Source of the DNA: an uncultured Candidatus Binatia bacterium
GTDB taxonomy: Bacteria; Desulfobacterota; Binatia; Bin18
DNA: 64,000 nt
Reading direction: 5' to 3'
NCBI GenBank assembly: GCA_965214605.1
Contig: OZ243961.1
Location: 3,936,001-4,000,000, forward strand
Part shown: piece after piece, positions 7,151 to 18,779 of the stretch
Layout: each line of letters begins with the position of its first letter
Numbering within the stretch: the stretch's first letter is position 1
Notes under the pieces: generated by a model
Database searches by the model: none
What the model saw: the letters and a program-made list of their open reading frames with translations, nothing else
Told to the model about the DNA's origin: nothing
Position numbers and translations under genes: made by a program

Positions 7151-9127
7151 TTAGCCGTCCAACTCCTCAGCCAGCTCACTCCAGTTTGCGTAGTGTTCTT
7201 CCAGTTCTCCCTTGAGCGTTTCATACTCAGCGGCGACTTCCTTGGCCCGCTGAGGCGTACTGTAGACGCTGCGGTCTGCCATCAGGGCCTCAATCTCTCG
7301 CTGCTGTTCCTCTAGCTCGGTGATCCGCCGTTCGGTTTCTGCCATACGGCGCTCCCGCTTGGAACGTTCGGCGCGGTCGGCTTTCCGGCGTGCATACAGC
7401 GTCTTGCCGCGCTTAGCGTGCTGAATGGCGCCGAGTATCTCCTGTGGCGGTTGCACGCTGCTCTCGCCAGTCTTGGTCCTCTGATCTTGGCCCTCTGACT
7501 TTGGCCATTTCTCCTGCCCGCCTGCCTCACGTTCTTTCCGTACCAGAAACTCTTCAAATGACCCTGGATACAGTATCAGGCGACCGTCCTGCATTTCTAT
7601 CACCTTGGTCACCAAACCGTCCAAAAAGTCCCGGTCATGCGAGACCACCAAGAAAGTGCCGGTGAACTGCTTGAGGGCCTGTTTGAGTACGTCCTTGGTC
7701 CGCATGTCCAGGTGATTGGTGGGCTCATCCAGGATCAGAAAGTTTGAGGCTTGGAGCAGCATTTTGGCTAAGGTCAGGCGGCTTTTTTCGCCACCGCTCA
7801 GCACCGAAACCCGTTTTTCAATCGCGTCCCCAGAAAACAAAAACGCTCCGAGCAAGGTTCGCAGTTGGGGCACAATATCGAACGCCGCCTCGCTCATAAT
7901 CTCTTGATACACCGTCCGCTCGGTGTTGAGCGTATCGGCCTGCTGCTGGGCATAGAAATCGAGCACCACCTGGTGACCCAGCACGCGCTGTCCGTGGCTC
8001 GGCGCTTCAACCCCGGCCAGCAGCCGACTCAGGGTGGACTTTCCGGTCCCGTTCATGCCGAACAGCGCGATCCGGTCGCCGCGCTCAATAATCAGATCCA
8101 GACCGTTGAAGACCTGGACCTGATCGTAGTGTTTAGCGACCTGTTTCAGCTCTAGCACGACCCGGCCGCTGCGGGGCGCGCGGGGGAAGCGAAAACGGAC
8201 TCCGGTAGGAACGGTCTGCGGGGCGCTAAGACGTTCCATTTTCTCCAACTGCTTAATGCGGCTCTGAACCTGAGGGGCTTTGCGGGCGTTGTAGCGGAAG
8301 GTGTTAATAAAACGGGTGATGCGTTCGATCTCGGCCTGCTGCTCCTCATAGGCTTTGTGGTCGGCTTCCAGCCTCTGGGTAAATAGGCGCTCAAAGGCCG
8401 AGTAATTGCCCGTATAGTCGGTCAGGCTATGGCGGTGGATGGCGGCGATACGGGTGACGGTCCGGTCAAGAAACATCCGGTCGTGGGAGACGATGACGAC
8501 GCTGCCCGCATAGGTTCGCAGATAGCCTTCGAGCCACAGCACGGAGTCGAGGTCCAGATGGTTGGTCGGCTCGTCCAAGAGGAGAATGTCTGGGCCTTGC
8601 AGGAGCAGTTTGGCCAGCGCTATACGCATCTGCCAGCCGCCGCTAAAGCGCTCGGTTGACCAGCTAAACTGTTCCTGGCGGAAGCCTAGACCGGAGAGAA
8701 TCTTGGCTACCTCGGCATCGGTCCGAAAGCCGTCCAGTTCTTCAAAGCGGTGCTGGAGCTGGCCGTAGCGGGTCAACTCCTCTGCCGTCCGGGTGTGGCT
8801 CTTGCTCTCAAGCACGGCGCGCAGGCGGGCCAATTCGTGCTGAATGGCGCTCAGTTCGGATAGAGCGGACCGGACTTCCTCAAACAGACTGCGTCCAACA
8901 ATCGGTCCCCCCTCCTGGGGCAGGTAGCCGAGGCTGGTCTCCCGGCCGCGCTGAATCTGTCCGCTGTCCGGTTCGAGCTGACCCATAATCAGCCGAAAGA
9001 GGGTTGTTTTACCAGCACCGTTAGGACCGACAAGGCCAATCCGGTCTCCCCTGCGGAGTTGCCAGTTGAGCTTACGAAAGAGTTCCTGCCCGCCAAATGC
9101 TAAAGAGAGATCGGTAATCTGCAACAT
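7151..9127 (-). CDS. ABC-F family ATP-binding protein
   Basis: Two ABC domains (GPNGAGKT, FSGGWQMR, LLLDEPTNHLD; GMNGTGKST, LSGGEKSR), no TM segments, C-terminal coiled coil. Confidence 0.95.
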   Translation of the reverse strand: MLQITDLSLAFGGQELFRKLNWQLRRGDRIGLVGPNGAGKTTLFRLIMGQLEPDSGQIQRGRETSLGYLPQEGGPIVGRSLFEEVRSALSELSAIQHELARLRAVLESKSHTRTAEELTRYGQLQHRFEELDGFRTDAEVAKILSGLGFRQEQFSWSTERFSGGWQMRIALAKLLLQGPDILLLDEPTNHLDLDSVLWLEGYLRTYAGSVVIVSHDRMFLDRTVTRIAAIHRHSLTDYTGNYSAFERLFTQRLEADHKAYEEQQAEIERITRFINTFRYNARKAPQVQSRIKQLEKMERLSAPQTVPTGVRFRFPRAPRSGRVVLELKQVAKHYDQVQVFNGLDLIIERGDRIALFGMNGTGKSTLSRLLAGVEAPSHGQRVLGHQVVLDFYAQQQADTLNTERTVYQEIMSEAAFDIVPQLRTLLGAFLFSGDAIEKRVSVLSGGEKSRLTLAKMLLQASNFLILDEPTNHLDMRTKDVLKQALKQFTGTFLVVSHDRDFLDGLVTKVIEMQDGRLILYPGSFEEFLVRKEREAGGQEKWPKSEGQDQRTKTGESSVQPPQEILGAIQHAKRGKTLYARRKADRAERSKRERRMAETERRITELEEQQREIEALMADRSVYSTPQRAKEVAAEYETLKGELEEHYANWSELAEELDG

Positions 9128-9202
9128 AACGACTCGAACTCCGCCTAGAGCCCACCCGCGGGCAGTGTAGCGGAGCGAAAACGCACAGGCCAGCGTGCGA
9201 TC

Positions 9203-10030
9203 CTAAGCTTCTTCCTCTTCGGGGGGGACGAGGAGGGGCTCGCCCAGGGCCCGAATAATCCAGCGGTGCACGTCGCCTACCAGATCAATGGCCGCTGGAC
9301 CGCTGTACAGCCAATGACCGAGGTCTGGATACGTGTGTTGGTCTGCCCCGAACTCGCGGACCAGCGCCTGGCAAGCGGCCGGTGAACTCATACGATCGGC
9401 TCCGCCATGTACGACTAGGAGTGGACAGCCCGGACGATCTTGAGTGACTGTCTCGCGGCTCAGCGTCCGAGCGACACGGCCGGAATCAGGGATAAGCTGC
9501 TGGTGCAATTGGGCCTGAAGGCCGGGGCTAAAGCCGGGGAACAGAAACTCTCGGGCGATGCCGGGACGAGGGGGGGACAGAGGCCGGCCCCACAGCACAG
9601 CCGCAAGAGCGGGCAGCCGGACCAAGGGGAGGGGCGGTCGTGCTCCGGGCAGCCATGAACGGGGCAAGAGCGGGGAGCTGCACACCACGGCACGCGGGGT
9701 GATACGGGCGGCCGCCCGCAGGGCGAGGAGGGCACCGAGGTCGGCTCCCCAGACAACCGGGGGCGCCCACAGCTGTTGCGCGGCGGTCGTCACATCTTCA
9801 ACATAGTCCTCCAGTCGCACGCGGCCGATACGCGGGGCCGCCCGACTGTCCCGGCGTCCGCGGAGATCAAGAGCCCAGCATTCCCAGCCACGTAGGGCTA
9901 GAGCCGTAGCAATGGGGTGCCACATCCAGCTGCCCGTCCACAGGCCGTGGATCAGTAACAGCGGAGCGGTAAATTTATTGCGTTCAGGAAAGCTGACATC
10001 CGCACCTAAGCTGGCCAGACGCTGTTTCAT
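9203..10030 (-). CDS. Alpha/beta-fold hydrolase
   Basis: LLIHGLW, DLRGR, G-A-D-L-G at the nucleophile elbow, C-terminal GHW. Confidence 0.8.
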   Translation of the reverse strand: MKQRLASLGADVSFPERNKFTAPLLLIHGLWTGSWMWHPIATALALRGWECWALDLRGRRDSRAAPRIGRVRLEDYVEDVTTAAQQLWAPPVVWGADLGALLALRAAARITPRAVVCSSPLLPRSWLPGARPPLPLVRLPALAAVLWGRPLSPPRPGIAREFLFPGFSPGLQAQLHQQLIPDSGRVARTLSRETVTQDRPGCPLLVVHGGADRMSSPAACQALVREFGADQHTYPDLGHWLYSGPAAIDLVGDVHRWIIRALGEPLLVPPEEEEA

Positions 10031-10037
10031 CGTAGTG

Positions 10038-11759
<1,722 letters not shown>

Positions 11760-11813
11760 TGGGTGCTGCTTGGCCATGCTCGTGCCGCTCCCCCGTGTGC
11801 CTTGGCCAGCTCG

Positions 11814-12542
11814 CTAGGCAAGCCCGCTGACGATCTGGCGAGCGGCAAGATGTGGGTCAGCCGCATCTTGGACCGGTTTCCCCACTCCTACATAGTCCGC
11901 GCCACGGCCGATCGCTTGTTGCAAGAGCAGCCCCCGTTTTTGGTCGCCCCAGTCCTGACGGCCGCTCGGCACAATCAAGCGGCGTCTAGGCCTCCATTTG
12001 TTAGGCGGGCAGGGGGTCTCTTGCGAAGACGTCTCCATTCCACTCAGACCCGCGGCCTGGGCCAGTTTGGCTGAGTGGACGGCCTGTTTTTGCGGACTAA
12101 CAGGAACGCTGGTTTGGCCTAGGGCGCTGGCGTTCACACTGGGCGCAGCGGTGACGGCTAAGATCAGCGGGCGGCGCCAACCTTCCGTCCGACACCGCCC
12201 GTGGACCTCGGTCCGAGTTGTGTGCCTCATGTCTGGTCCGTCCGCGGCATGGACGTTGAACAGGGCAACCCTCAGACGGGCGGTGTCGCTCCTGGCGTTT
12301 GCCGCAGTGCGGGGAATGTTGTGGAAGGTGAGCTCCGCAGACACCTGTCCGTCCCGGTGGTGGACTCGGCGAGCCGCCTCCGGGCTGGGGTGTGGAAGGA
12401 GCGGTTTGCCACCCTTAAACATCCTGATCTCGTTGGGCGGCCGCCTGACTTTGGCCTCTGCCGGCGATACAACATCAAGCGGGAGAAGGGGGCGTCTTTT
12501 GACGGCCCCTAAGCGGGCCGGGAAAGGGAGAGAGCGGGCCAT
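11814..12542 (-). pseudogene. pyrF: Orotidine-5'-phosphate decarboxylase homolog with heavily substituted sequence (pseudogene or low-quality assembly)
   Basis: Collinear with PyrF: PLDV, MFKGG, ELTFHNIPRT (for DLKFHDIPxT), FNVHA, LILAVT, GDQKR, GADYVGVGKPV. Confidence 0.75.
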
Positions 12543-12629
12543 ATTCTGTCCAGGTTCCGCTGTACGGTCCACAGTCCAACAACCCGGTCCGGAGTGTGGA
12601 TGAAACCGAAGGATTAGGCGGCCGAGGAT

Positions 12630-12959
12630 TTATTCGTGTTCCAAGGCGCCAAAAGCCACCGTGCTATGGGCAAAGGCGCCACCCGCGCGTAGGGCCATCG
12701 TGACAAAGATCGCTTCGGCAATTTCTTCCTGTGACGCACCGGCTTTTTCGGCCCGTTTGGTGTGTACGTCGATACAGTAGGGGCACTGGGTAACATGGGC
12801 GGTTGCCACGGCGATCAACTCTTTTGTTTTGACACTCAACGCGCCGTCCTCAAACACCTTGGTATCGAACTCAACAAAGGCTTTGAACAACTCAGGGCGG
12901 GCGTTCCGCAGTTTGCGCAGGCTGCCCATACCGTCTTTCGGATAGAAACTATCGCTCAT
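12630..12959 (-). CDS. Carboxymuconolactone decarboxylase / AhpD-like protein
   Basis: GALSVKTKELIAVA..HVTQCPYCIDVH; GGAGG RBS before MSDSFY. Confidence 0.9.
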   Translation of the reverse strand: MSDSFYPKDGMGSLRKLRNARPELFKAFVEFDTKVFEDGALSVKTKELIAVATAHVTQCPYCIDVHTKRAEKAGASQEEIAEAIFVTMALRAGGAFAHSTVAFGALEHE

Positions 12960-13130
12960 GGAGGGTCCTCCTTGTATGTTTCTTGGGTACGGCTCAGAGC
13001 GTATATGAGAACAGAGAAAAGTCAAAGGTCCAAAGCCTCGGCAGGGTCTGCTCGTCTTGTGTTCCCGGCGGCTGAAACCTATAATTTGCCCCTGACACAA
13101 TAGTGAACCGTCCCTCACCAGGAGAGCGCT

Positions 13131-14315
13131 GTGGATTTTGATTACACCCCCCAAGAAGAAGCCTTTCGTCAAGAGATACGGTCGTGGTTGGAGAGAAATC
13201 CGCCCGAGGGGTACGATCCGACCCGGTTTGAACTGATCGACCCGAATGAGCGCTTTGAGATCAAGCTGAAATGGCAGCGCAAGCTCCACGCCGCGGATTT
13301 GGTCGGCATTCATTGGCCCAAGGAATATGGCGGACGCGGTGCGACGATTATTGAGCAGACGATCTATCAGCAGGAGATGGCGCGGGCCGGCTCGCCCGGT
13401 TTTGCCAACCCGCTCGGCCTGTCTCTGGTCGGTCCGACCCTAATGCACTGGGGAACCGAAGAACAAAAACAGCGCTATATCCCCAAGATCATGAACGCGG
13501 ATGAGGTCTGGTGTCAGGGCTATTCAGAGCCGGGCTCCGGCTCTGACCTGGCGTCTTTGCAAACCCGAGCGGTTGAGGTGGGCGATTATTTTGTGGTGAA
13601 CGGTCAGAAGGTCTGGACGAGCTACGCCCATAAGGCAGACTACTGTATTCTGGTGACGCGGACAGACCCGGATGCCCCAAAACATAAGGGCTTGTCCTAC
13701 CTACTAGTTGACATGAAGACGCCCGGGGTGACGGTTCGGCCGCTGACGCAGATGACTGGCGACGCCGAATTCAACGAGGTCTTTTTTGAAGAAGTGCGGG
13801 TCCCTAAGGCCAATATCGTTGGTGAAAAAAATCAGGGCTGGCAGGTGGCGGTCACCACGCTCATGTTTGAGCGGGCGAATTTTGGCATGGTCTACAATCT
13901 GGAGCCGATGCTTGAGCAGCTATCCGAGCTGGCGCAGCGCCTCCGTCTCAACGGCCGCCCGGCGGCCGAAGACCCGGCCGTGCGCCAAAAGATCGCGGCT
14001 TTCCACGTGGCCACCCAAGCCCTGAAGTACAACGGGTACCGGATGCTGACGCGCCAGCTCAAAGGTGAGCCGCCTGGGCCGGAAGGCTCAATTGCCAAAC
14101 TGGCCGGGAGCGAGCTGTACATTCAGATCGCTCATTTTGCAACCGCGTTGCTCGGACCGTATGGGCAGATTGAGTTGAGCGATAGCCACGGACTCGACGG
14201 GGGCCATTGGTCGCGGTGTGCGCTGCGCTCACGGCTGTATACGATTGCCGGCGGCACCTCGGAGATTATGCGCAATATTGTCGGAGATCGGGTGTTGGGG
14301 CTGCCAAAGGGATAG
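13131..14315 (+). CDS. Acyl-CoA dehydrogenase (first gene of a likely heteromeric pair)
   Basis: WPKEYGG, WCQGYSEPGSGSDLASL, NGQKVWTS, TIAGGTSEI. Confidence 0.95.
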   Translation: MDFDYTPQEEAFRQEIRSWLERNPPEGYDPTRFELIDPNERFEIKLKWQRKLHAADLVGIHWPKEYGGRGATIIEQTIYQQEMARAGSPGFANPLGLSLVGPTLMHWGTEEQKQRYIPKIMNADEVWCQGYSEPGSGSDLASLQTRAVEVGDYFVVNGQKVWTSYAHKADYCILVTRTDPDAPKHKGLSYLLVDMKTPGVTVRPLTQMTGDAEFNEVFFEEVRVPKANIVGEKNQGWQVAVTTLMFERANFGMVYNLEPMLEQLSELAQRLRLNGRPAAEDPAVRQKIAAFHVATQALKYNGYRMLTRQLKGEPPGPEGSIAKLAGSELYIQIAHFATALLGPYGQIELSDSHGLDGGHWSRCALRSRLYTIAGGTSEIMRNIVGDRVLGLPKG

Positions 14316-14341
14316 CGAACGTTTCTGCCTCAGGAGGAGCT

Positions 14342-15481
14342 ATGAATTTCGGTTTTAGCGAAGAGCAAGAGATGCTGCGCGACGCAACCCGCAGATTTCT
14401 CGATAACGAGTGTCCGACAAGCTTCGTCCGTAAAATGATGGAGGATGACAGCGCTCACGCCACGGAGATGTGGAAGAAGGTGGCGGAGCAGGGCTGGCCG
14501 GCTATTCTGATTGACGAAGCCCATGGTGGGGTTGGGGGTAGTTTTCTGGACATGGTGGTGATCCTGGAAGAGATGGGCCGTTCGCTCTTGCCTGGGCCGT
14601 TCTTTGCCACCGCTCTGTTGGGAACGCCGGCCATTATCGCCGGGGGGTCGCAGGAGCAGAAGAGCGCCATTCTGTCCGGTGTGGCAGCCGGTGAAACCAC
14701 CCTGACCCTGGCTCTGGCCGAAAAGAGCGGGCGCTATGATGCGGGTGGCGTGTCCTTAGCGGCAACGCCTAAAGGAGAGAATTTTTCTCTGTCAGGAGAG
14801 AAATTTTTTGTCCCCGACGCGCATGTAGCGGATCAGATTGTTGTGGTTGCACGAACCGAACAGGGGAGTGTGGCCGAGGACGGCCTCAGTGTGTTTGTGG
14901 TCGATGCCAAGGCCCCCGGGGTGACGATTACCCAGCTCAAGACGGTTGATATGACCCGCCGTCAGTGCCATGTGGCGTTCCAGGATGTGGCTGTGTCTGG
15001 CGCCCAGGTCTTGGGAAGCGTGGGCAAGGGCTGGCCGATTGTCCAGCGTACGCTCGATCAAGCCATGGCCGGTTTATGTGCCGAAATGGTCGGCTCCGGC
15101 CAGCAGGCGCTCGATATGGCGGTAGCCTACGCCAAAGAGCGGGTTCAGTTCGGCAAGCCGATCGGCAGCTTTCAGGCCGTCAAGCATAAATGCGTGGATA
15201 TGATGGTCCAGGTCGAGAACGCCCGTTCACTGACCTATTATGCGGCCTGGACGGTTGATGAGAACGCGCCTGAAGCCCGCCAGGCGGTTCCTATGGCCAA
15301 GGCGTACTGCAGTGACATGTGCAAAACTGTGACCAGCGAGGCCATTCAGGTTCACGGCGGCATCGGTTTTACCTGGGAGCACGATATGCACCTGTTTTAT
15401 CGGCGTGGGCTGGCCTCTGAGGCGGCTTTTGGCAGCGCGCCGGTGCACCGTGAAGTGGTGGCCCAAGAGCTGAATCTGTAG
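14342..15481 (+). CDS. Acyl-CoA dehydrogenase (partner subunit)
   Basis: MNFGFSEEQ, RVQFGKPIGSFQAVKH, QVHGGIGFTWEH; AGGAGG RBS. Confidence 0.95.
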   Translation: MNFGFSEEQEMLRDATRRFLDNECPTSFVRKMMEDDSAHATEMWKKVAEQGWPAILIDEAHGGVGGSFLDMVVILEEMGRSLLPGPFFATALLGTPAIIAGGSQEQKSAILSGVAAGETTLTLALAEKSGRYDAGGVSLAATPKGENFSLSGEKFFVPDAHVADQIVVVARTEQGSVAEDGLSVFVVDAKAPGVTITQLKTVDMTRRQCHVAFQDVAVSGAQVLGSVGKGWPIVQRTLDQAMAGLCAEMVGSGQQALDMAVAYAKERVQFGKPIGSFQAVKHKCVDMMVQVENARSLTYYAAWTVDENAPEARQAVPMAKAYCSDMCKTVTSEAIQVHGGIGFTWEHDMHLFYRRGLASEAAFGSAPVHREVVAQELNL

Positions 15482-15518
15482 AGGTCTGAATTGATTTGTC
15501 ACAGTTGACCGCTTTCCT

Positions 15519-16385
15519 ATGCGAACAGCCCTGATTATTCACGGTGGTGCTGGCGCCGCCGGGCCAGATTTGCGCGATGAGCGCGAACGGGGGCTGCGCT
15601 CGGCTTTTGAGATCGGCTGGAAAATCCTGCTGGAGGACGGCTGCGCGCTCGACGCGGTCATCAGCGCTGTTGCTGCGCTTGAAGACGATCCGGTCTTTAA
15701 CGCCGGGCTTGGCTCTTGCCTGACCCACGACGGCACGGTTGAGCTCGACGCCTCGGTGATGGACGGGGCCTCCTGGCGGGTCGGCGCGGTTGGCGCGGTT
15801 GGCGCCATCCGCAATCCGATTCGCTTGGCGCGGGCGGTCATGGAAGACGGTCGCCACGCCTTCTTGGTCGGCCCAGGAGCTTACCACTTTGCCTGTGAGC
15901 GTGGTGTTCCAACGGTCTCGGCCCAGAGCTTAATTACCGCACGGCAGTACAAACTCTGGCGGACGGGTCGGGCAGCTGCCGAGCCGGGAACGGTCGGCGC
16001 GGTGGCCATGGACTCGGCCGGTAATCTGGCCGCCGCCACCTCAACCGGTGGCCTGGTACACAAACGCAGCGGCCGGGTCGGCGACTCGGCTATTATCGGA
16101 GCCGGTACCTATGCGGATAATAATCTTGGCGGCTGTTCCAGCACGGGGGACGGTGAGGCTATTCTGCGCTCAAGCCTGGCCCGTGCGGCGGTCGAGCTGC
16201 TCGGCGACGGCAAGGATCCGACTTGGGCGGCCCAGAGCGCCCTGCGGCTGCTCAAGCGGCGAACGAGCGCCGAAGCTGGACTGGTTATTATCGATACGAT
16301 CGGACGTATCGGCTACGCGTATAATACGCCGGCCATGAGTGTGGCGCTGTCGGTTGACCGCCAGGTACAGATCCGGGTTGCCTAG
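15519..16385 (+). CDS. Isoaspartyl peptidase / L-asparaginase (Ntn hydrolase)
   Basis: IHGGAG, FNAGLGS, GTVGAVA, ATSTGG, GRVGDS. Confidence 0.92.
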   Translation: MRTALIIHGGAGAAGPDLRDERERGLRSAFEIGWKILLEDGCALDAVISAVAALEDDPVFNAGLGSCLTHDGTVELDASVMDGASWRVGAVGAVGAIRNPIRLARAVMEDGRHAFLVGPGAYHFACERGVPTVSAQSLITARQYKLWRTGRAAAEPGTVGAVAMDSAGNLAAATSTGGLVHKRSGRVGDSAIIGAGTYADNNLGGCSSTGDGEAILRSSLARAAVELLGDGKDPTWAAQSALRLLKRRTSAEAGLVIIDTIGRIGYAYNTPAMSVALSVDRQVQIRVA

Positions 16386-16487
16386 GCCCGGCCCACACCG
16401 CCTCTGGCATTTTTGTGGAGAGTGTGACTATGATGCGCCCGATCCAACGCAGGTTTCTTGAGCACTATTTAAGAGGAGGAAAACCAC

Positions 16488-18116
16488 ATGGCCAAGGTTG
16501 ACGGCAATTCTCTTGTCGTAAGATCTCTGAAAGACGAAGGGGTAGACACGGTCTTTTATCTGACCGGCGGCCCGATGGTTGACGTGGCGACAAAATGCAT
16601 CGAGATCGGCTTTCGCTCGGTAGACGTGCGCCATGAACAGGCGGCGGCAATGGCCGCTCATGCCTATAGTCGGGTGATCGGGAAGCCGGGCGTCTGTTTT
16701 GCCGCCTCAGGACCGGGCGTGACTAACCTGATTACTGGGGTCGGAAACGCCTATTTGGACGCCGTTCCAGTTGTCGCCCTAGGGGGGGCGAGCGCAATTT
16801 CGCAAGACGGGATGGGAGCATTCCAAGAGATGGATCAGGTCGGCATGTTTAAGCCGATCACCAAGTGGGCCGAGCGGGTGAAAGACGTCCGACGTATTCC
16901 CGAACTGGTGAACAAGGCATTTCGTGTAGCGACGAGCGGACAGCCAGGGCCGGTATACCTCGACCTGCCGGGTGACGTGCTGTACCGCGAGGTTGAGGAA
17001 GAGGAAGCCCCGTTCATCAAGCGGCCGCATGAGATTCCCCGTATTGCGGCCGATCCGGATCAGGTTAGCCAAGCTATTAGCCTGCTCAAAGGCGCCCAGC
17101 GACCGCTAGTCCTAACCGGGACCGGGGTGTTCTGGTCGGATGCGATGGCTGAGCTGAAGGAATTTGTCGAAGCCAGCGGTATTCCGTTTTTTACCACCCC
17201 CCAAGGTCGGGGAGTGATTGAAGAAGACCACGCCCTGAGTTTCCTCGGTGCCCGTAACCGAGCCTGGAAGGAAGCCGATGTGGTGCTCGTGGTCGGCACG
17301 CGATTTAACTTCATCATTGGTTTCGGTCGGCCGCCGCGTTTTGCCGAAGATGTCAAATTTATCCAGATCGATATTGCCGACGAAGAGATCGGCCGCAACC
17401 GCCCGGTCGATCTTGGCATCGTGGGGGATGCCAAAACGGTCTTGCGCCAGCTTATCAACGCGGGGGCAGACAGTGTCCAAGTGTCGGCCGACTGGATTGA
17501 AGCACTCCGCAGCTATGACCAACGTTCGCAGGCAAGATCCGAGGAGGTCATGAATGCGGATTCCTCGCCGATGCACCCCCTGCGCCTGTGTAAAGAGGTC
17601 AGGGACTTCATGGACCGGGACGCCATTGTGGTCGTTGACGGGCACGAGATTTTGAATTTTGCTCGCCAGTCGGTGCCTACCAACGCGCCCGGTCATCGGG
17701 TCAACGCTGGTCCGAATGGCTGCATGGGGGTGGCCGCCGCCTTTGGGCTGGGAGCCAAGGTTGCAAAGCCGGGGACACAGGTTATCGTGCTCAGCGGTGA
17801 CGGTTCGTTCGGCATGAACGGTATGGAGATCGACACCATGGTGCGTCACAACATCCCGGCCCTGATTGTGATCAGCAACAACGGTGGCTGGGCCGGTCAA
17901 GGGGTGATGAATGCCGGACGTGACCTAGGGTTTAGCCGCTACGACGAGATGGCCAAGGTGTTTGGCGCGCACGGGGAGTTTGTTGAAAAACCCGAGGATA
18001 TTCGGCCTGCCCTAGAAAGGGCCGCTGCCTCTGGAAAACCGGCTGTAGTCAATGTCATCGTTGATCCAAAAGCCCGCTCGTCAACGCAGTCCTTTGCCGC
18101 CTATCGGGCGATTTAA
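16488..18116 (+). CDS. ThDP-dependent enzyme, 2-hydroxyacyl-CoA lyase / oxalyl-CoA decarboxylase-like
   Basis: RHEQAA, SGPG, GAFQEMDQ, PGPVYLDLP, GDGSFG...NN. Confidence 0.88.
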   Translation: MAKVDGNSLVVRSLKDEGVDTVFYLTGGPMVDVATKCIEIGFRSVDVRHEQAAAMAAHAYSRVIGKPGVCFAASGPGVTNLITGVGNAYLDAVPVVALGGASAISQDGMGAFQEMDQVGMFKPITKWAERVKDVRRIPELVNKAFRVATSGQPGPVYLDLPGDVLYREVEEEEAPFIKRPHEIPRIAADPDQVSQAISLLKGAQRPLVLTGTGVFWSDAMAELKEFVEASGIPFFTTPQGRGVIEEDHALSFLGARNRAWKEADVVLVVGTRFNFIIGFGRPPRFAEDVKFIQIDIADEEIGRNRPVDLGIVGDAKTVLRQLINAGADSVQVSADWIEALRSYDQRSQARSEEVMNADSSPMHPLRLCKEVRDFMDRDAIVVVDGHEILNFARQSVPTNAPGHRVNAGPNGCMGVAAAFGLGAKVAKPGTQVIVLSGDGSFGMNGMEIDTMVRHNIPALIVISNNGGWAGQGVMNAGRDLGFSRYDEMAKVFGAHGEFVEKPEDIRPALERAAASGKPAVVNVIVDPKARSSTQSFAAYRAI

Positions 18117-18220
18117 GCACCTGGGGGGCCGGTCCAGTCGGCCTCTCGGCTCCCGCTCGCACGGGTTTACGGTCCGTGACAGGCGGGGGCTCACGTGTAC
18201 CCCTCCCTTTGACAATGCTG

Positions 18221-18754
18221 ATGAAGAGAAAATTTAAACGTTTTGACGACCCACTGCTCCCGTTCATGCGTGATGAACCAGAGGTTACCGCACCGCTGCC
18301 AGCCCGGACAGCGGTCTTTCCGACGGATCGTTCGATGGGAGAACTGTTCGTCCGTAAGGTTTTTGAGCCCGAGGTGTACTCCTTTTGGGAGAAGTTTGGT
18401 CGCGCCCAGGGGCAGATTGAGATCGCGGCTGGAAAGGAACTGCGTCTCAACGTCACCCCCCAGGCGTCCACCGATTTATCGCCCTTGGCCGCACTATCGG
18501 CCAACGCGCTGCAATACCTCCAGCTGTCCGGCACCCGCGTGGCAAATGCCGGGCTTGAACACATTAAGCACCTGATCGGACTGCGCGTGTTGTGGCTCTA
18601 CGACACCCGCATCAGCGATACCGGTCTTCCCCTCCTTCAGGGCTTGAGCGGTCTACGGGTCCTGAATTTACGCAGCACCCTAGTCACCAAGGGCGGCATC
18701 AACCAGCTCCAAAAGTCCCTCACCGGTTGCGAGATACGCCAGCCGTGGAATTGA
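18221..18754 (+). CDS. Small leucine-rich repeat protein
   Basis: Three 24-aa LRRs: LQYLQLSGTRVANAGLEHI, LRVLWLYDTRISDTGL, LRVLNLRSTLVTKGG. Confidence 0.8.
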   Translation: MKRKFKRFDDPLLPFMRDEPEVTAPLPARTAVFPTDRSMGELFVRKVFEPEVYSFWEKFGRAQGQIEIAAGKELRLNVTPQASTDLSPLAALSANALQYLQLSGTRVANAGLEHIKHLIGLRVLWLYDTRISDTGLPLLQGLSGLRVLNLRSTLVTKGGINQLQKSLTGCEIRQPWN

Positions 18755-18779
18755 ATGCCCTCCACCGCGGCGGGCGCTC

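Noticed and set aside
12630-13313. 227-aa extended version of the AhpD-like ORF
   Set aside because: The extension overlaps the divergent ACAD gene; the RBS supports a start at 12959.
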